DNA of 64,000 nt from a virus. Where the stretch lies: positions 1 to 64,000 of the IMG/VR virus record IMGVR_UViG_3300022719_000329; one strand, 5' to 3'. The translations under genes were made by a program, and so were the position numbers. Within the stretch, counting starts at the first letter, position 1. The number at the start of each line of letters is the position of its first letter. The notes beneath the pieces are model-generated. The model saw nothing but the letters and a program-made list of their open reading frames with translations, did not search any database and had not been told where the DNA came from. Positions 36,738-44,188 of the stretch are shown here, piece after piece.

Positions 36738-37154
36738 ATGGCCGACATCAATCGGAAGATGGCCGAGATGCTCTGGAAGCAGGTCAGCCTGAACGTCGAT
36801 CGGTTCCACCCCAAGATCGTGGCTCACGAGAAGAGCACCTTCCTGGGCTACGCCGACGTGACCATCGAGCTGCCCAACCTCCCGGGCTTCAAGCTCAAGC
36901 TCCGGGGCATCGAGGCCAAGGTGCTCAAGGGCAACCCGCACCTCGACATGCCCACCGAGAAGGGCGCGGACGGCAAGTTCTACCCGCGCTACTTCCCGCT
37001 GAGCGGCGAGCTCCGGGCGGTGATGACCACCAAGCTCTTCCAGCACACCGACGTGGCCAGCGCTCTCGAGGCCGCCAAGCAGGCGGCCATCGACAGCGGC
37101 CGCACCGAGGCCCACCAGGCCGAGCCGGGCACCGACAACCCCTTCGCCGGGTAG
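36738..37154 (+). CDS. SpoVG-fold nucleic-acid-binding protein, paralog 2
   Basis: 138 aa; TFLGYADVTI..LKLRGIEAKV..MPTEKGADGKFYPRYFPLSGELR; C-terminal GTDNPFAG. Confidence 0.6.
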   Translation: MADINRKMAEMLWKQVSLNVDRFHPKIVAHEKSTFLGYADVTIELPNLPGFKLKLRGIEAKVLKGNPHLDMPTEKGADGKFYPRYFPLSGELRAVMTTKLFQHTDVASALEAAKQAAIDSGRTEAHQAEPGTDNPFAG

Positions 37155-37205
37155 CCCAGCGCCGGGTACCAGTCGGTACCACAAGAGAGCCCTCCACTCG
37201 AGGAT

Positions 37206-37244
37206 CCCCCCAACAGGGACCTCCGGGTGGGGGGCTTTTTTTTT
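37206..37244 (+). terminator. intrinsic terminator
   Basis: CCCCCCA/TGGGGGG stem followed by T9. Confidence 0.75.
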
Positions 37245-37645
37245 CGTACTAACCCGCCCGATCTAGAGATCCCACCCCCATGAGAGAACTAGGAAGTCCC
37301 TCCCTCGTTACGCTCTGGGGCCAAAGATATGGTACTGACCTTGTCCAGTTAGCTGTTCCTTGCCTGATCGATAGGTATCGATCGATAGAGATAGATAGGA
37401 GAGCCTGCTAGTCGTGGTACTAAGGAGGTGAGTACCAAGAGAGCAGGGAACCACTGGTACCTAGGTACCCAGATAGTAGAACCACTGAAACCCCAGTAAT
37501 CAGATAGTAGGACTAGAGGAGTCCCGGAACCACATGAGAGAATCGATCGAGTGAGTGCGATCGAGTACCCCAGTTGGTTCCTCCCATCCCACATCCAAGG
37601 TACCACTACAGCGAGCTGGCGAGCACTACAGCGCCCTTATAAGTA

Positions 37646-37659
37646 CTATATAGTTGCTC
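37646..37659 (+). promoter_or_regulatory. promoter-like motif class A variant (CTATATAGTTGCTC)
   Basis: Core TAGTTGCTC; 193 nt upstream of the ATG at 37839. Confidence 0.4.
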
Positions 37660-37838
37660 CCTCTCCAGGTCTATCTCCCTGTCTGCCCTACTGATTTCCT
37701 ACCAGGAGGGAAACCCTGAAAGAACTCCTCTCCTGAGCGATTCTAGAGCGTCTGATTGTGCATCTGGAGAGAGTCTCTATATGTATTACCAGACGCTACC
37801 CGACCGGTACCTAACCGGTACTAAACGAGGTGAACCAC

Positions 37839-38120
37839 ATGAGCAGCATCCTAACTCACGAAGCCATGGAGGTCCTGTCCTCTGTGGAGGATAGGCTGGA
37901 CGGCGTGGCCGAAGCCATGGGTACCTCCCCTACGGAGGTACTGGCCCTGCTCCAGCGCCACCGTACCCCCCGCTGTGCCGTGCAGGGGTGCAACGAGCCC
38001 GCCGCCTTCGAGGGGTGGGTACGCCTCCGAGACGGCTTTGGTCAGCCCCCAGGACCCCGACGCCGGGTAGTGGTGTGTGAGAACCCCGAGCACATACGCC
38101 TCCTGCGTGAGAACCAATAG
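37839..38120 (+). CDS. hypothetical protein
   Basis: 93 aa from the ATG after GAGG-N8. Confidence 0.5.
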   Translation: MSSILTHEAMEVLSSVEDRLDGVAEAMGTSPTEVLALLQRHRTPRCAVQGCNEPAAFEGWVRLRDGFGQPPGPRRRVVVCENPEHIRLLRENQ

Positions 38121-38248
38121 GGGAGAGACGCCATGTCCAAACCCATAAACGGCAACATTCCGGCCGAGGGAGCCCTGCCCTTGGCATGATGGTTGCTCGC
38201 CCCTTCCCGAGGGGGCGCTGTCCCACACCCAATAGGGAGGATTACCCC

Positions 38249-38551
38249 ATGCCCCGAATCGAAAGCCAATCAGAGCGCATGCGCCGGATCGCTCGAGAGA
38301 TCCGGCATCGCCAAGCCACCAGCCCCTTCTCAGTGCGGGTGGCTCTGCACGTCTTCTTCAAGGGGAGGCGAGGCCCGCGACGGCTGCCTCCGTTCTCCAA
38401 GCGCTATCAGGTGAATCCCCGGAAGAATCCGGAGAGCCAGTTGGTTCGCCGGGAGCTGATCGATCGGGCCTGGAACGAGGCTATCAAGGCCAACACGGCC
38501 TTCCCGGCGGAGGACCTGGTGATCACCCTGAAGGAGTACAAGGTACTCTAG
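38249..38551 (+). CDS. hypothetical basic protein
   Basis: 100 aa from the ATG after AGGGAGG. Confidence 0.5.
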   Translation: MPRIESQSERMRRIAREIRHRQATSPFSVRVALHVFFKGRRGPRRLPPFSKRYQVNPRKNPESQLVRRELIDRAWNEAIKANTAFPAEDLVITLKEYKVL

Positions 38552-38564
38552 AAAGGGCTAGGCC

Positions 38565-38750
38565 ATGTGTCAGTCACACCCGGTTTATTGCATGGACTGC
38601 GGCTCGAAATGTGGTACCAGCGAGATTTCGGGTAGTACTACCATCTGCAATCTCTGCCTGGTTCGCCGCTACGGCCCCAGTCTTTCCCCCGAACCCCCGG
38701 AGGTGGGCTCCGATGCGTTAGACCCGAAGACCCACAAAGAAGGAGAATGA
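38565..38750 (+). CDS. small zinc-ribbon protein
   Basis: 61 aa; CMDCGSKCG ... CNLC. Confidence 0.4.
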   Translation: MCQSHPVYCMDCGSKCGTSEISGSTTICNLCLVRRYGPSLSPEPPEVGSDALDPKTHKEGE

Positions 38751-38896
38751 ACTCCCGCACCAACCAAAAGAACGGCCCAGTCATTCTGGGCGAGACAGCC
38801 GGGATCCCAAACTCCGCCAGAGAGCGGTACTTGGGTGAAAACCTGTTCTCGCCCAACTTTTTCGCCAAGGGTAATACCTTGGGTGTTCTTCCCTGA
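38747..38896 (+). CDS. possible small protein (49 aa)
   Basis: ATGA overlap with the upstream stop; third codon positions mostly G/C; below the ORF-track size cutoff. Confidence 0.25.
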   Translation: MNSRTNQKNGPVILGETAGIPNSARERYLGENLFSPNFFAKGNTLGVLP

Positions 38897-39118
38897 ACTT
38901 GATCCTACCGGAAGGATGCATTCCTAGCACACAGCTGGCCTCGTGGCGGGGCTTGCCAAGGAGTATCCTGCTCTCCTCCCACAGGAGAGTCAACAATCTT
39001 TCCTTCCGGGGCCTCCAGGGCCATCCATTCGGAGATTGCAAGGATACTTACTGCCACACCTTGGATGGCCCTCCCGAAGTTTTGCTTAGGGAGGGCTGTC
39101 CTCCACTTCCAAGGGGCG
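38897..39118 (+). other. structured non-coding segment (several GC hairpins)
   Basis: Hairpins CTCTCC/GGAGAG, GGGCCATCCA/TGGATGGCCC (39018-39071) and CCTCCC/GGGAGG; no ORF. Confidence 0.25.
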
Positions 39119-39132
39119 CTAGGTAGTTGCTC
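39119..39132 (+). promoter_or_regulatory. promoter-like motif class A (CTAGGTAGTTGCTC)
   Basis: 54 nt upstream of the ATG at 39173. Confidence 0.5.
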
Positions 39133-39172
39133 CTCTTGTTGAACCAACTTCCCCACGGAGGTAAAAACCAAG

Positions 39173-39502
39173 ATGCAAGAAATCGGACCGGTGACCAAGT
39201 TCCGAGAGCTGGCTCAGATCTACCACGGTGTGACCGAGATGGAGGAGGGCCAGTTCGTACAACTGCCGAGTGGACTCTCGGCCCAAGTCAAGAAGTTCCG
39301 CTCCAAGAATCTGCGCTACATCGACTGGCGAGGCATCCGCTACGTGGAGCAGAACCCCAACTCCCGCTCGGCCTACGCCGCCAGGGCCCGCCAAGGTGCC
39401 AAGATCGTCTGGTGTATTCGGCTGCGGGACAACCAGTACCTCGGCCGCATCGAGCAGGACCAGGTGTTCATGAAGGAGCAGGCCTGGGCATCCCGGGCCT
39501 GA
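39173..39502 (+). CDS. hypothetical protein, paralog family EQNP (member 1)
   Basis: 109 aa; YVEQNPNSRSAYAARARQGAKIVWCIRLRDNQYLGRIEQDQVFMKE aligns with the 43259 protein. Confidence 0.55.
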   Translation: MQEIGPVTKFRELAQIYHGVTEMEEGQFVQLPSGLSAQVKKFRSKNLRYIDWRGIRYVEQNPNSRSAYAARARQGAKIVWCIRLRDNQYLGRIEQDQVFMKEQAWASRA

Positions 39503-39518
39503 ACCAAGAGGAGGGACT

Positions 39519-39815
39519 GTGCGTCAATTCTACACCGACGACTGGCCGGACGAAGAAGGTCAACCGCAGTTCTTCCTGATGGATAACATTCGTTGGGGGG
39601 AAACCGAGGCCTATGCATGCCAGCAGGCTAGGAGGCCCGAGGAATTGGTCAAGCTCGAACTCTCAGCCGGCGCCGTCCTCCTCATCCACCACGGTGGGAT
39701 AGAGGAGTTCCCGACCGTACCTGCAGCCCTGCGCCGCATGACCGAGATCATCGAAGAAGAAGAGCAGAAGCCTCTCTTAACCACCCACCCAGAGGAAAGG
39801 AAATCCCCATGCTGA
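39519..39815 (+). CDS. hypothetical protein
   Basis: 98 aa; GTG start after GGAGGGA. Confidence 0.45.
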   Translation: MRQFYTDDWPDEEGQPQFFLMDNIRWGETEAYACQQARRPEELVKLELSAGAVLLIHHGGIEEFPTVPAALRRMTEIIEEEEQKPLLTTHPEERKSPC

Positions 39816-39976
39816 ATTCGGAGACGAAGGAGAAGTTGCGCAAGCTGGTCTACGAGGCCGACACACGGTCGGCGAGCGCCAGGAACCGCATAGAGTCGCT
39901 GCGGCCTCTCGAGGCTCTGGAGGACATCCGCCGGGCCCAGGTGGTCCTCGCCAAGATCATCGGCATCCTGGCCTAG
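39809..39976 (+). CDS. small helical protein (55 aa)
   Basis: ATG overlaps the upstream stop (ATGCTGA); GC3-rich; below the track cutoff. Confidence 0.4.
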   Translation: MLNSETKEKLRKLVYEADTRSASARNRIESLRPLEALEDIRRAQVVLAKIIGILA

Positions 39977-40001
39977 CCAGAATCCCCACAGGAGAACTAC
40001 C

Positions 40002-40310
40002 ATGGGACTACGCTCCCTGAAGATCGTCGAGGAGGAGATCGCCAAGGTCATGCCTCGCCTTCGAGATGGCCCGATCCAGGTCGATGGCCGTACTCTCGCC
40101 AACATCCTGACCACTCTCCAAGCCCGCCTCAGCACTCGGATCGAGGCCGAGTGCATCGAGGTGGACGAAGACACCGCCGAAGCCCTTGATCGGCTGGCCG
40201 ACCCCGCCCAGGAGTGGGTGACCCACGACCAGGTCGAAGCTCACATCGGAAGACCCAACTGTGGGTGTGCCGACCATCGCGACCCGCTGCATCCCTGCCC
40301 TCACGACTAG
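40002..40310 (+). CDS. hypothetical protein
   Basis: 102 aa; AGGAGA SD. Confidence 0.45.
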   Translation: MGLRSLKIVEEEIAKVMPRLRDGPIQVDGRTLANILTTLQARLSTRIEAECIEVDEDTAEALDRLADPAQEWVTHDQVEAHIGRPNCGCADHRDPLHPCPHD

Positions 40311-40334
40311 GGGCAGTCCCGATTCCCTGAACTT

Positions 40335-40405
40335 GAACCAAGCAAGGGCTGCTTGGGTTCCGTGGGGAGAGCCCGGCCCTGGAGTGCAACCCAGGGCCGG
40401 GCTCC
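40335..40405 (+). terminator. tandem GC hairpins (U-tract-less terminator candidates)
   Basis: GAACCAAGCA/TGCTTGGGTTC, then the 14-bp stem GAGCCCGGCCCTGG/CCAGGGCCGGGCTC. Confidence 0.5.
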
Positions 40406-40555
40406 ATCCCCCGAAGTACGCAACTAGTCCCTCCCACCCATGAATCCCACCCTACCCCCAAAGAGATACCAATGCGTGACTGGGTGTTCACGGTGTTGCG
40501 CGTTCATGGTCGGACAATTCGCCCGGCTCCTTGCCGGTGCTCATGAGAGGACTAC

Positions 40556-40720
40556 ATGCAAACCGCGACCCTTCTGTGCCTGTTGCTGGCGATTATCGCC
40601 ATCACTGGGCTCTTGAGTGGCAAGCTAGATGAGACGGAGGATATCCGAATCTACTGGTCGAAGGCCGTTCGCCTTCTTCTGGGATTAGCCCTACTGTTCC
40701 ATCTGTTGAGCCTTTGGTAG
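40556..40720 (+). CDS. small membrane protein (54 aa)
   Basis: Two hydrophobic helices; below the track cutoff. Confidence 0.35.
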   Translation: MQTATLLCLLLAIIAITGLLSGKLDETEDIRIYWSKAVRLLLGLALLFHLLSLW

Positions 40721-40760
40721 GCTCTAACCCGAGGAACTAATACAACGGAGGCCAACAACC

Positions 40761-41069
40761 ATGACCGAGCATACTTGGTACAAGTGTACTCAGCCCTGCC
40801 ACAAGCCCCACTGCATGTTCTGTGAAGGTGGCCTCGGCTGGTGCACCGCCTGCGATGGTTTCGAAGGCTCGCTTCCCACCCACTGCCCGGGCCGCAAGAT
40901 CGGCGAGTCCGACCAGCAGCTAATCTACAAGAGCACTCTAGACTTCCGGGATGGCCAGTGGGTCAATCGGTCCCTGGAGAGCTGGGAACAGAGCCGTGAG
41001 TACGACCCCTCCCAGAGCGTGGAGATCGACCGTGCAGTCCTCCGCCTAAACCAGGAGATGACAACATGA
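40761..41069 (+). CDS. Cys-rich protein
   Basis: 102 aa; CTQPCHKPHCMFCEGGLGWCTACDG; GGAGG SD. Confidence 0.45.
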   Translation: MTEHTWYKCTQPCHKPHCMFCEGGLGWCTACDGFEGSLPTHCPGRKIGESDQQLIYKSTLDFRDGQWVNRSLESWEQSREYDPSQSVEIDRAVLRLNQEMTT

Positions 41070-41458
41070 GCAACGACGACAAGAAACTCGAAAGCCTCTA
41101 TCGCTCCACCGAAGTCACCAGTAGGGCTTGCGATGCCCTGCGCATGTCCTTGGAGACCATGCGCACCTCGGGATTCTTCGACGAGGCGGAGCTGGAGATC
41201 CTGGCCGCCATCGACGAAGGAGTCATAGAACTTCAAGAGCGCTTCACGGACCGCCGGCTGGACATGATCGCCCAGGTAGCCCCCGAAGCCTTGGCCGAGG
41301 CTGTCGAAGTGGCCGAGTCCATCGGCGCCGAGCCGGGCGAGGTGGAGGCCATCCAGGAGCGTGTCTACCAGCGCACTCTCCAGGCCGTTCGCGAAGACCC
41401 CCACTCTGCCGCCTTGGCCAACCAAGTGGCCAAGCGAGATGACGATCCCATCCACTAG
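41066..41458 (+). CDS. hypothetical acidic helical protein
   Basis: 130 aa; ATGA overlap with the upstream gene. Confidence 0.45.
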   Translation: MSNDDKKLESLYRSTEVTSRACDALRMSLETMRTSGFFDEAELEILAAIDEGVIELQERFTDRRLDMIAQVAPEALAEAVEVAESIGAEPGEVEAIQERVYQRTLQAVREDPHSAALANQVAKRDDDPIH

Positions 41459-41505
41459 AGGGAGCCTCGGTACTTGCCGGGGCTCCCTCTGCTACCTTGT
41501 CAGCT

Positions 41506-41519
41506 CTAGGTAGTTTCTC
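41506..41519 (+). promoter_or_regulatory. promoter-like motif class A (CTAGGTAGTTTCTC)
   Basis: 37 nt upstream of the ATG at 41543, just after the hairpin AGAGGGAGCC/GGCTCCCTCT. Confidence 0.45.
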
Positions 41520-41542
41520 CGGCTTTCGAGGAGGTAACTGGC

Positions 41543-42085
41543 ATGGCTTACATTGCCTGCATTGGGTCTCGGAGCCTGTCGGCCGAGCAAATCGAGACCT
41601 GCGAGACTCTCGGCCAGTTCATCGCCCGCTGTGGCCATGTCGTTTCTTCGGGTAACGCCGAAGGGGCAGACCAAGCCTTTCAGCGGGGCGCCGGGAAGGT
41701 GAGCGGGAAGAACGTCTCGGTACATCTGCCGTGGCCGGGGTTCAACCTGAACGTAGCCCTCACCTTCTACCAGTGCCGCATCGTCTCGGAGCTCGATTCC
41801 GACGTCTACCGGGAGTACGAGGAGATGGCTGCGAAGTACCATCCGAAGTGGAAGTTCTTGCGGCAGGGGGCCCGAAAGCTGCACACGCGAAACGTAGGCA
41901 TTCTGTTTCCTGAACCCCACACGCCGGTGAAGATGGTCATCGCCTGGCCGAGCCAGAAGCCGGGCGGCGGGGGCACTGGACAAGGCATGCGAATCGCCGA
42001 AGGTCTCGGCATTCCGCTCGTGGACATCTCGAACGCGGGCCGCACGGAGCTTTTCCATCTGTGCGAGCGCATCAGGAGCCTGTGA
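41543..42085 (+). CDS. SLOG-superfamily (DprA/Smf-like) Rossmann protein
   Basis: 180 aa; IACIGSRSL, VVSSGNAEGADQAF, GGGGTGQGMRIAEGLGIPL. Confidence 0.5.
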   Translation: MAYIACIGSRSLSAEQIETCETLGQFIARCGHVVSSGNAEGADQAFQRGAGKVSGKNVSVHLPWPGFNLNVALTFYQCRIVSELDSDVYREYEEMAAKYHPKWKFLRQGARKLHTRNVGILFPEPHTPVKMVIAWPSQKPGGGGTGQGMRIAEGLGIPLVDISNAGRTELFHLCERIRSL

Positions 42086-42255
42086 TGGTTGAGATCATTG
42101 GCTGGGCCTGTGTTGCCTGGACGGCTTTCGAAGTCCTGAGCTTGGTGCTGCGCACCACCAAGCCCCGGGCTCGTCAGCTGCGAGCCTGGGACTCCCAAGG
42201 CCGACCCGTGCGCGCGGAGGTGCTACAGTGGTTCAACTACTCGTCGCACTCCTGA
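42085..42255 (+). CDS. small membrane protein (56 aa)
   Basis: TGATG overlap with the upstream stop; N-terminal TM helix. Confidence 0.35.
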   Translation: MVEIIGWACVAWTAFEVLSLVLRTTKPRARQLRAWDSQGRPVRAEVLQWFNYSSHS

Positions 42256-42704
42256 CCTTCGCTCTGGCTGGAGGGGCCGAAGCGGAGGTCACGGCTACTG
42301 TCACCCGCCATGTTGACGGAGACACCTTCTACGTGTCCTTCCATGGCCAAGACCCCGTCAAGCTACGACTCGTTGGAGTCGACACCCCAGAAACCCGCCA
42401 TCCAACCAAACCCATCCAGTGCTACGGACCCCAAGCCTCCCACTTCATCAGCAGCTTCCTTCCAGTCGGAACCGAGGTCCGAATCCTTGCCGACTGGCCT
42501 TTCAAGGACCGCTACGATAGGCTGCTGGCCTACGTCTACACCCAGACCATCGATGGCTGGATCAACGTGAACGAGTTCTTGGTCCGGAGGGGTTTCGCCC
42601 GGGCCAGCCATCGCTTCAACTACGCACACAAGCAACGCCACTTGGAACTCGAGTCGACAGCGCAACAAGAACAAGCTGGGCTCTGGGGAGCCTGCGAGGA
42701 ATAG
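42228..42704 (+). CDS. secreted staphylococcal-nuclease (thermonuclease) homolog
   Basis: 158 aa; signal peptide; VDGDTF, LRLVGVDTPE, RYDRLLAYV, FLVRRGFA; GTG start after GGAGGT. Confidence 0.8.
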   Translation: MVQLLVALLTFALAGGAEAEVTATVTRHVDGDTFYVSFHGQDPVKLRLVGVDTPETRHPTKPIQCYGPQASHFISSFLPVGTEVRILADWPFKDRYDRLLAYVYTQTIDGWINVNEFLVRRGFARASHRFNYAHKQRHLELESTAQQEQAGLWGACEE

Positions 42705-42795
42705 ATGGGCGAGATGTTGCTGAGCGTACTCGTGATCATCTGGATCGTGGCTATCCTAATCCGGGTGGCCCAGAACTACTGAAAGGAACACTACC

Positions 42796-43188
42796 ATGCA
42801 CAACATGACCAAGAAGCTGCTCTTCCGGGCCTTCAACCAGCTTCGAGGCTTGGGCCAGCAGTTCGAGAAGATGAAGATCGTGGAGATCCGAGAGACTCTG
42901 CTCTTCTTGCGTTCCACCATTGACGAGGCCCTCCAAGCTTTACCTCCCGACGGAGCCGACGGGGCGCTCTACGCCATCGGGATCGAGCACACCGCGGGTG
43001 AGATGGGCATGACTTGGGGCCCGCACCCGAGTCTGGCTGAGGCCTTGCACCGGCTGGACCAACCCAACGCCAAGATCCTGCGCTTCATGCACACCAAGGA
43101 AACCAACGAGCCGATCTACGAGGAGGTGGCTCGCTGGAACGAGGCACAGCTCCACTGGGAGAACTTCCAAGGCGAGTGCCTATCCTAG
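42796..43188 (+). CDS. hypothetical protein
   Basis: 130-aa ORF. Confidence 0.45.
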   Translation: MHNMTKKLLFRAFNQLRGLGQQFEKMKIVEIRETLLFLRSTIDEALQALPPDGADGALYAIGIEHTAGEMGMTWGPHPSLAEALHRLDQPNAKILRFMHTKETNEPIYEEVARWNEAQLHWENFQGECLS

Positions 43189-43192
43189 AGAG

Positions 43193-43222
43193 CCTAGCCC
43201 CCGCCTCCTCGCGGGGGCTAGG
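43193..43222 (+). terminator. 12-bp GC hairpin overlapping the next promoter-like motif
   Basis: CCTAGCCCCCGC ctcctc GCGGGGGCTAGG; the 3-prime arm supplies the CTAGG of motif A. Confidence 0.5.
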
Positions 43223-43231
43223 TAGTCTCTC
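43218..43231 (+). promoter_or_regulatory. promoter-like motif class A (CTAGGTAGTCTCTC)
   Basis: 41 nt upstream of the GTG at 43259. Confidence 0.45.
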
Positions 43232-43258
43232 CATCCGTTCGAAAGGAGGTGAACCCTC

Positions 43259-43618
43259 GTGAGCGCAACCAAAACCAGTCCGGACGCGCCCCAGTGGGTG
43301 AATCTGGGCTCGGTGAGCCGCTACCCGCAGCTGACCGCCATCTACCAGGCCATCTGCGGGCGCGTGCTCTGGTTCTGGCTTCCCGAGGGGGATAGCCAGA
43401 CCCGATGCCGGATCAAGATCATGGGCTCGGACGCTAAGTTGGTGGCCGTGGACCATGATCACCGGCGCTACATCGAACAGAATCCCAAGACCCAGTCCAT
43501 CTACGCCCAGAAAGCCCGAGACGGTGTGCGCATCGTCTGGGTCATCGACACCCACACCGGCGACTTCATCGGCCGCATCGAAGATGGAGTTGTTTGGATG
43601 AAGGAGAGAAGTGCATGA
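43259..43618 (+). CDS. hypothetical protein, paralog family EQNP (member 2)
   Basis: 119 aa; YIEQNPKTQSIYAQKARDGVRIVWVIDTHTGDFIGRIEDGVVWMKE. Confidence 0.55.
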   Translation: MSATKTSPDAPQWVNLGSVSRYPQLTAIYQAICGRVLWFWLPEGDSQTRCRIKIMGSDAKLVAVDHDHRRYIEQNPKTQSIYAQKARDGVRIVWVIDTHTGDFIGRIEDGVVWMKERSA

Positions 43619-43908
43619 ACACTCAAGTGATCCACATCAAGGACGCGCCCCCGGGCTGGCGCTCCGACCCGCAGTACGTGTACATCGGGAGAGGCTCCAA
43701 GTGGGGTAATGAGTACTCCCATCTCCCGAGCTCCCGGGCCAAGTACCAGGTCAAGACCCGGGATGAAGCCTGCGACATGTTCGAACAGCATCAGCTGCCC
43801 GGTCTCATGGGAGACATCTCAGAGCTGAGGGGTAAGACCCTCGTCTGTTTCTGTCATCCCGAGCGATGCCATGGGCATACTCTGGCGAGGGCAGCTGACG
43901 GAGGCTAA
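43615..43908 (+). CDS. DUF4326-family protein
   Basis: 97 aa; VYIGRGSKWGNEYSH ... ELRGKTLVCFCHPERCHGHTLA; ATGA overlap with the upstream gene. Confidence 0.65.
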   Translation: MNTQVIHIKDAPPGWRSDPQYVYIGRGSKWGNEYSHLPSSRAKYQVKTRDEACDMFEQHQLPGLMGDISELRGKTLVCFCHPERCHGHTLARAADGG

Positions 43909-43910
43909 CC

Positions 43911-44117
43911 ATGGCCACCAAGACCGTTCAACGTGTGCTTCTCATCCGGACCCGGAATGGTGTGGTCCATCGGGGCCAGTTTGGGTATCATCTGGATATG
44001 ATGCTCAAGCTTCACATCGATCCGGACGACATCGTCGACACTGGATGGGTAGAAGACGACCAGGACAATTGGAGGGGTGGAAACTCTCGAGAGATCGAGA
44101 TCTACGCCCACGACTGA
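43911..44117 (+). CDS. hypothetical protein
   Basis: 68 aa; GGAGG SD. Confidence 0.45.
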   Translation: MATKTVQRVLLIRTRNGVVHRGQFGYHLDMMLKLHIDPDDIVDTGWVEDDQDNWRGGNSREIEIYAHD

Positions 44118-44137
44118 ACTACTGCATCTGATCAGCA

Positions 44138-44151
44138 CTAGGTAGTTGCTC
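44138..44151 (+). promoter_or_regulatory. promoter-like motif class A (CTAGGTAGTTGCTC)
   Basis: 51 nt upstream of the ATG at 44189. Confidence 0.5.
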
Positions 44152-44188
44152 ATCGTTTGCAATCCAACCACACACCGTGAGGTGAACC

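Larger units (their letters stand above)
37162..37822. repeat. long intergenic region crowded with GGTAC(C) and other short repeats
   Basis: At least 10 GGTAC/GTACC copies, including the palindrome GGTACCTAGGTACC (37456-37469) and CCGGTACCTAACCGGTAC (37804-37821); CAGATAGTAG x2; CACTACAGCG x2; ATCGAT clusters. Confidence 0.45.

Noticed and set aside
38889-38902. Exact 14-nt repeat TTCCCTGAACTTGA, also at 40323-40336, both just after operon ends
   Set aside because: Several exact 14-mers are expected by chance among all position pairs in 64 kb (order of 5-10). With only two copies I cannot call this a signal.
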